From an uncultured Fibrobacterota bacterium (GTDB lineage: Bacteria > Fibrobacterota > Chitinivibrionia > Chitinivibrionales > FEN-1185), in NCBI GenBank assembly GCA_963729895.1, contig CAVSQB010000005.1, positions 256,001 through 320,000 of the forward strand: a stretch of DNA of 64,000 nucleotides, written 5' to 3'. The notes under the pieces are model-generated. The model searched no databases, was not told the origin of the DNA, and saw only the letters and a program-made list of their open reading frames with translations. Made by a program: the position numbers and the translations under genes. This document shows positions 58,257-64,000 of this stretch, in pieces. Every line of letters starts with the position of its first letter. Within the stretch, counting starts at the first letter, position 1.

Positions 58257-59453
58257 ATGAACCCTCTGCGTATCCTATCCAAGAAAAAAACCGGGATAGT
58301 CGTTGGAACTCTGGCCTTTGTCGGTCTGCTTTGCATGCCCTGTTTTTCCGGGCAGTATGTTTTTTCGGTTTCCGGGACAAAGACGTATTTGAACGGCCAG
58401 GAAATCCTGCTTAAAGGGTTCCGCTGCTCAAACTCGCTTATTAGCGACTCTGCCGCAAATGACTTGATAGCACATCTTGACTCATTCGAGTTATACGGCC
58501 TTAATTCGTTCAGCGTTTACTTCCAGGGCTCGCGCTACGGCAACATTGGGGGGTATAATCAGGATGCGACGCTCAACCCGATTTACAGCGCGCGCATGGG
58601 TAAAATCATTGAGGCTGCAGACGCCAAAGGAATGGTGGTCCTTGTCGGCTGTTGTTACTATGGAACAAACAATGCAAATTTTTCAAATTGGGGGCAGCAG
58701 GATTTCGAACATGCTCTTGCAAATACCGTAACCTGGGCAAAAAACAATGGTTACGGTAACGTGTTCTTTGATGCCGACAACGAAGGCATGGCCTTTCAAC
58801 AAAAGAAATATGCAAGTACGGACAGTGTGGTTATGGCTGGAAAAGCCGCAAATCCCACCGCTATTGTTGCGGGATACTTTGGGACGTGTCCTGCAGCAGC
58901 CGACCTTGCAATCCATCTTTCTTCACACGACGCCACTAAACCTTATGCCGAGACCGAAGGCGACGGTATATGGAGTTACGGAAGCGGCAATTACACCGCT
59001 TCTGCCATAGGGGTCTATGCGGCCTCGGACAAGACATCCGCGATCAGCGGCACTTTTGGTCACTTGACGAAAGGCGAAGGATATATGTATTCCTCAATGT
59101 GGCTGCAGGCAGTTCCGCCCTTAGGCCCTAATGCCGGTTTCGGCGGATACGGTTCCTCAGCGGATCCGGGGGTGCGCTGGTGGGCGGATACGATACGAGC
59201 CCACTACGGGCCGTATGTTCCGCCGGCGCCTACGGCGGTCACGGTTGCTCCCTTGTCAATTAACACCGCGACGGCCTTTGACGAGCTGAGAATTTTCGAC
59301 GTGCGCGGAAGGCTGGTGGAACGTTTTACGTTCGCCGGGAAAATGCCGATTGAAAGTATGCCGCGGATCAGGCATGCCGGCTCCTATCTGGCACTGTATA
59401 GTAACAATGGAAACGTTGTGGCCGTCAAGCGTATCTGCAATCCCGAGCGGTAA
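58257..59453 (+). CDS. Secreted clan GH-A-like glycoside hydrolase, paralog 3, T9SS-like tail
   Basis: DNEG, ETEG; tail FDVRGRLV. Confidence 0.7.
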   Translation: MNPLRILSKKKTGIVVGTLAFVGLLCMPCFSGQYVFSVSGTKTYLNGQEILLKGFRCSNSLISDSAANDLIAHLDSFELYGLNSFSVYFQGSRYGNIGGYNQDATLNPIYSARMGKIIEAADAKGMVVLVGCCYYGTNNANFSNWGQQDFEHALANTVTWAKNNGYGNVFFDADNEGMAFQQKKYASTDSVVMAGKAANPTAIVAGYFGTCPAAADLAIHLSSHDATKPYAETEGDGIWSYGSGNYTASAIGVYAASDKTSAISGTFGHLTKGEGYMYSSMWLQAVPPLGPNAGFGGYGSSADPGVRWWADTIRAHYGPYVPPAPTAVTVAPLSINTATAFDELRIFDVRGRLVERFTFAGKMPIESMPRIRHAGSYLALYSNNGNVVAVKRICNPER

Positions 59454-59505
59454 CAACGAGTGGTCAAAGGTAAAGATCCGGGCGCGCCGCCGCTAAATAC
59501 GGTTT

Positions 59506-59700
59506 TGAATTGTTGAGCGAGTGCGGCGATCCAATGTTAATGCGATTTTGGTTTGCCGAGGCGGTGCGGCAAATATCAAAATAAGATTCAAATTAAAATT
59601 TTGGATTGCTGAGCGTGTGCGGCGTGGAGGTACCCGTGGCGAGACCGAAACGCCTGCTGCGCGCACACTAGAAACACCCGATTAACAAGACCCAGGACCA
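59506..59700 (+). repeat. Left half (Ax3-B-C1) of modular intergenic element
   Basis: A motifs at 59506, 59549, 59602; gcgcgcacactagaaacacccg. Confidence 0.85.
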
Positions 59701-59994
59701 AATACACTTCGAAGTTTTAAGCCCGGCCGCAGCTGCGCCACTGAGGGGAAACTCGTGCGCTGCCTTCAATTCTTTAGTCCAAGATATTTAGTCTGCCCAA
59801 TAAACCCCCAGACTCCAGTCTGGGGATGGATGGGCTGTCAAGACGATGTGGACAACAACGTATTTTGAGTAAATGAGATTTCGGAAGGGCACCCATTGCG
59901 TATACAGAACAGAATACCACATCGTCTTGACTCCTCGATATCGTCGTCGGATATTCGTGACAGGGGTGAAAGAATATTTGGAAAAGGTACTGAA

Positions 59995-61288
59995 GGGGAC
60001 CTCTAAAAATTGCCTAATTTGCCCAATTAATGCTTGACAAAGGCTATTTCGTCAATTATTTTAATTCCAGACAACAAACCTGCGAACCCACTACCGTCTG
60101 GAGGATATTGCGATGGGACAGATAGGCCTTTTTGACCTTGAGAATCGCCTTTCCGAGCTTTCCGAAATGGGAGACCCTCTTGAAACCATCAATCGGGCCA
60201 TACGTTGGAAGAGTTTTCGTCCTGTTATTGACAAGGCTTTTCGCAAGGAACGGAAGAGCAACGCCGGTCGTCCACCGTACGATTATATCCTGATGTTCAA
60301 GATTCTCGTGTTGCAGACGATGTATGGGCTTTCCGATGCGCAAACCCAGTTTCAGATTCTGGACCGATTGACGTTCAAACGGTTTCTTGAACTCACTTCC
60401 GAGGATAGCATTCCCGACGAGAAAACGGTCTGGTTGTTTCGGGAAACGCTGACACAAGCAGGCGTTGTCAAGAAGCTGTTTGACCTGTTCGGTCGTCAGT
60501 TGAACGAAGCGGGTTACACTGCCCAGAAAGGCCAAATAATAGATGCGAGTTTTGTCGAGGTACCTCGCCAGAGAAACACGCGGGAGGAGAATAAAGAAAT
60601 CAAGAACGGGGGCACGCCGCAGGAATGGGAAAAGCACCCTGAGAAACTTCGTCAGAAAGATGTTGATGCGCGATGGACGAAGAAGAACGATCAGACGTTT
60701 TTTGGCTACAAGAACCATGCGTCGGTAGACGCGAAGCATAAAATCATTCGAGACTATGCGGCGACATCCGCAGAAGTGCACGACTCCAATATGCTTGAAC
60801 CTCTCCTTAATCCTGAGAACACGAACGCGGACGTGTTTGCCGACAGCGCGTATCATTCGGAAAAGGCGGAACAAAGGCTTGATTATCTCTGGTACAGAAG
60901 CAAAATATGTGTCAAAGGGACTCGTGGCGCACCATTGACGGAAGCACAATTGGCACAGAACCGGAAGAAATCCAAAGTCAGATCGCGTATAGAACATGTG
61001 TTTGCTCAAATAGAAATCATGTTTCGTGGCAGGATCAGGTGTATCGGGCGGCTGAGGGCCGCGGCGAAGATAGGACTCCTGAACCTGGTTTACAACATAA
61101 AACGCTTTGCATATCTTGAGTGCCACGCCTGAAAAGCGGGACAGGACCGCACAAGGCCCCCAAAGGGACCGAAAAAAGAACAGTTTTGGGCACCTATCAG
61201 ACAAATAGACGCCCTGACATCGCGAAATAATACTATCTGTCAACATGATCTTGGAATCTACTATTTTACAGAATTTTTAGAGGTCCCC
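59995..61288 (+). mobile_element. IS5-family insertion sequence, distinct from the CTAG-targeting copies
   Basis: Perfect 17-bp IR GGGGACCTCTAAAAATT with TGAA duplicated (alternatively 16-bp IR with CTGAAG). Confidence 0.93.
60113..61132 (+). CDS. IS5-family DDE transposase
   Basis: GRPPYD, QILDRLTF, IIDASFVE, FGYKNH, FADSAY, RSRIEHVF. Confidence 0.95.
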   Translation: MGQIGLFDLENRLSELSEMGDPLETINRAIRWKSFRPVIDKAFRKERKSNAGRPPYDYILMFKILVLQTMYGLSDAQTQFQILDRLTFKRFLELTSEDSIPDEKTVWLFRETLTQAGVVKKLFDLFGRQLNEAGYTAQKGQIIDASFVEVPRQRNTREENKEIKNGGTPQEWEKHPEKLRQKDVDARWTKKNDQTFFGYKNHASVDAKHKIIRDYAATSAEVHDSNMLEPLLNPENTNADVFADSAYHSEKAEQRLDYLWYRSKICVKGTRGAPLTEAQLAQNRKKSKVRSRIEHVFAQIEIMFRGRIRCIGRLRAAAKIGLLNLVYNIKRFAYLECHA

Positions 61289-61909
61289 TGAAGCATCTTG
61301 ATGGGATGGACGACGATATCGAGGTAATCCGGGCCAATGTCCAGCTGGACCATGTACACATGGTGGTAATGATTCCGCCGCGGATATCTGTCGCAAGCGT
61401 AGTGCAGTTCGTGAAATCGCGGACGGGGAAATTACTGCCGGAGCGATTTCCAAGCATAGGGAAGGCGATACGCGGCGGCGGAATCTGGTCGCGCGGGTAC
61501 TGTGTTTCAACCATAGGACTTGACGAGAGAACGATCATAAGCTACGTTGAACACCAAGGACGTGAAGATTGTGGCGCTATCCAGCTGGATCTTGGCCTGG
61601 AATAATGCCGCCGACTCCTGTCGGCGGTCTTTTACTAAATTCCTTCTCCATTTTGTTTTGTGAATTGATTCAGCCTTCCTATCGAGCTTTCTATTGATCC
61701 GGTCTTTTTCCCATTCTTCTTTCCATTCCTTGGGTATTATCATCGCCGCCAAGGAATGATCACTTTCGCCCCTTCGTGGTCGGCCTGATTCGGGAGTTTC
61801 ACTCCCGAACCCAGACCCACTTTGTTGTCACAGCGTTTCCCGGGGAAGAAATTGCTAAAACTGTCTACCGTCAACCTGGAACCCAGCCTTGCGCCGGACC
61901 GTACAGGAG

Positions 61910-61986
61910 CTCTCGCGTGGGTGCCCCCAGCAGGTGTTTGGATTTGTTCAAGGGAGGCGCCTGGGCGCACCCGGCACTGCCATCCA
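61910..61986 (+). repeat. Right half (D-A') of modular intergenic element
   Basis: cgtgggtgccccc...tgggcgcacccggcactgccatcca. Confidence 0.75.
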
Positions 61987-62074
61987 GAAGAATTTCAATT
62001 TCTTGTAGCCAAGGGAACGCCCAACCGGTTTTCCCCTTTCTATTCATGGATTGGACATATTTTTCATCGCACCC

Positions 62075-63400
62075 ATGAAAACACCCAAAGAACCCGCGGC
62101 ATATGAAATTGTCAAGAAGCTTGACGAGAGCGGACACCGGGCGCTCTTTGCCGGCGGCTGCGTGCGCGACATGCTGATGGGACTGCCTGGGGCGAACGGC
62201 GACATCGACATTGCCACGTCCGCCGCGCCCGAGGCCGTGCGCGGGCTTTTTCCGCACGTGATTCCGGTGGGCGAGCACTTCGGCGTTGTGATCGTGATGA
62301 TGGGCGAGATACCGTTCGAGGTCGCCACCTTTCGCAGGGACAAAGGCGGCGCGGACGGCAGGCACCCGGACTTGGTGGAATTCGTCGGCGAACGGGAAGA
62401 CGCGCAGCGCCGGGATTTTACCATCAACGGAATGTTCTATGACCCGGTGACGGAAACCGTGCTCGACTACGTGGGCGGCAGGGAAGACCTTGCGGCGGGC
62501 GTGGTGCGGGCCATCGGCGACGCCGGGCTCAGGTTTACGGAAGATTATCTGCGGCTGGTGCGGGCCATACGGTTCGCGGCCCGGTTCGGCTTTGCCATAG
62601 AACCCGGGACGTGGTCCGCGCTGCGTGAAAAGGCGGCCGGCATTGCGAAGGTATCGGCGGAGCGGGTGTTCATGGAGCTTGACAAAATGCTGCTCGGCCC
62701 GCACGCAGACGCGGCGCTGGCGCTGCTTCACGAAAGCGGGCTGCTCGTCCTGATCCTTCCGGAAGTTGAGAAGCTCGTGGGCGTGGACCAGCCGCCCGAG
62801 TTCCATCCGGAAGGTGACGTGTTCCTTCACACGAAACGGGCGCTTTCGTTGTTGTCAAGTCCGACCCAGGTGACGGCGTGGAGCGTGCTGCTGCACGACA
62901 TTGGAAAACCTGCCGTGATGGTGGTGGCGGACCGCATCAGGTTTTCCAACCACGACCACGTGGGCGCCGCCATGGCCCGTGACCTTCTGCGCAGGCTCAA
63001 GGCGCCCGGCGCACTCACGGACGCCGTGGTCGAGGTGGTGGACAACCACATGAACTTCATCAACGTGACTAAAATGCGGCTCTCCACGCTCAAGCGGTTC
63101 CTGTCGCGTCCCACGCTTGAGGACGAACTCGAGGTGCACCGCGTCGACTGCCTGGCAAGTCACGGCGACGTGTCCAATTATACGTTTATCAAGCAGAAGC
63201 AGGCCGAATTGTCTGTTGAGGAGATACGGCCGCCGGCGTTGATTTCGGGGAAAGACCTGATTGCGCTGGGGCTTGCGCCTGGACCGCTGTTCGGCACGAT
63301 CCTGCGGGAAGCGTACGATGTGCAACTCGAGGGAACGCACGGGTCCCGGGAAGAGGCGCTGGCGTGGGTGAAGGATAATTTCATGAATAAGGATAATTGA
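62075..63400 (+). CDS. cca: CCA tRNA nucleotidyltransferase / poly(A) polymerase family with HD domain
   Basis: GGCVRD, DIDIAT, FEVATFR, RRDFTIN, EDYLRLVRAIRF, HPEGDV..HT, LLHDIGKP; alternative start TTG 62051; CCA- versus CC/A-adding specificity not resolved. Confidence 0.88.
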   Translation: MKTPKEPAAYEIVKKLDESGHRALFAGGCVRDMLMGLPGANGDIDIATSAAPEAVRGLFPHVIPVGEHFGVVIVMMGEIPFEVATFRRDKGGADGRHPDLVEFVGEREDAQRRDFTINGMFYDPVTETVLDYVGGREDLAAGVVRAIGDAGLRFTEDYLRLVRAIRFAARFGFAIEPGTWSALREKAAGIAKVSAERVFMELDKMLLGPHADAALALLHESGLLVLILPEVEKLVGVDQPPEFHPEGDVFLHTKRALSLLSSPTQVTAWSVLLHDIGKPAVMVVADRIRFSNHDHVGAAMARDLLRRLKAPGALTDAVVEVVDNHMNFINVTKMRLSTLKRFLSRPTLEDELEVHRVDCLASHGDVSNYTFIKQKQAELSVEEIRPPALISGKDLIALGLAPGPLFGTILREAYDVQLEGTHGSREEALAWVKDNFMNKDN

Positions 63401-63420
63401 CATGGGTGAAGTTCCCCTTT

Positions 63421-63795
63421 TGGATTGCTGAGCCGGTGCGGCGAATATCAATATCAAAATGATTCTATGGATTGCTGAGCCGGTGCGGCGAGGGTGTACC
63501 CTTGGCAAGTCCGTACCTTCAGTTGCGCGCACCGTAGTAGCACCATGTTAACAAATGCTCAACTGCACGCAGCAACAGCCATCGATTCATCTTCTCAACT
63601 CGTCAACGTAGGATTGCTTCATTTGCCTTCACAACTGCGCTTCGAGGGTGCCCCACAGCAGAAGATTGGATTCTCGCCAAAACTCCCACTTTGGGGTCAC
63701 CCGGCACAGCAATCCCAAAGCACTTATCTATTATCATTTCCGGCTCAGCCAACCAGATGCGTTCTATTATTTATAATTTCCGGCTCAGCCTTCCC
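63421..63795 (+). repeat. Modular intergenic element copy (Ax2-B-C1-D-A'x3)
   Basis: Two exact tggattgctgagccggtgcggcg (63421, 63468); ccggc(a/t)cagc at 63701, 63740, 63780. Confidence 0.9.
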
Positions 63796-63917
63796 AAAAC
63801 TCTTCTACCCGCTATCCGGATAGATTCTTTACTTTGCCCGTTCATGCATGTTGTTCTCTCAGGTTCCCATATCATATATTAAAACTTCGGTTTGGGATTT
63901 TGCATCTTGCGGGCAGG

Positions 63918-63937
63918 CGGGCGAAAGCCCGTTTTTT
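63918..63937 (+). terminator. Rho-independent terminator
   Basis: cgggc-gaaa-gcccg followed by tttttt. Confidence 0.65.
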
Positions 63938-64000
63938 GTTATGAGACATGGCACCGGCCGGAACGGGGGAGCACCGTGACGCTCGACGAAATCACCCCTA

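Larger units (their letters stand above)
59873..61605 (+). pseudogene. tnpA: IS200-type Y1 HUH transposase, split by IS5
   Basis: 5' part MRFRKGTHCVYRTEYHIVLTPRYRR...KVLK joins in frame to HLDG...DHVHM (HUH)...WSRGYCVST...SYVEHQ once the IS and one target copy are removed. Confidence 0.88.
59790..61633 (+). mobile_element. IS200/IS605-family element (tnpA only), interrupted by an IS5-family element; ends approximate
   Basis: Subterminal hairpins ccccagact-cc-agtctgggg (59806-59825) and ccgccgac-tcct-gtcggcgg (61608-61627) flank tnpA. Confidence 0.8.

Noticed and set aside
59602..59765. Group II intron fragments (GTGCG starts; gaggggaaactc resembles domain V)
   Set aside because: No AGC/CGC triad helix with proper domain V pairing, no domain VI, no RT ORF
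41441..63795. Classical integron attC array
   Set aside because: No consistent RYYYAAC...GTTRRRY boxes, elements are far longer than typical attC, and no intI in the window
1..64000. tRNA, rRNA or riboswitch genes (e.g. cobalamin riboswitch before the TonB receptor)
   Set aside because: None recognised by eye; the region upstream of the phosphatase-TonB unit is replaced by IS5. A covariance-model scan would be needed to exclude them

Overview
GC-rich bacterial chromosomal window. A TIGR02147-like gene, a short RpoD-type sigma factor and many secreted proteins with T9SS-like C-terminal tails suggest Fibrobacterota (Chitinivibrionia-like; inference). Left part (0-28 kb): RND transporter, B12 radical SAM enzyme, Ser/Thr kinase, then an ~11 kb minus-strand run joining a plant-type UDP-apiose/UDP-xylose synthase, a GT2, an SDR, an AlgI-type MBOAT, two AlgJ/AlgX-like proteins, a TolB-like protein and an AmpG-like MFS, followed by a cluster of paralogous secreted propeller-like proteins and lipoproteins. 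Middle (27-41 kb): bioCDAF(H) and bioB, two near-identical IS5-family copies, a TonB-dependent receptor and a 5'-truncated phosphatase. Right part (41-64 kb): unrelated genes or small operons separated by 8 same-orientation copies (plus one inverted copy at 32-33.5 kb) of a modular, structured 300-460 bp intergenic element. The element has ~40-bp-periodic inverted motif arrays at both ends and a bulged hairpin, and is the most unusual feature. Also present: three tandem GH-A-like hydrolases behind the TIGR02147-like regulator, two orphan lycopene-cyclase-like proteins beside a hybrid kinase, an IS5 nested inside an IS200 tnpA, and cca. All calls are by eye from motifs; no searches were run.
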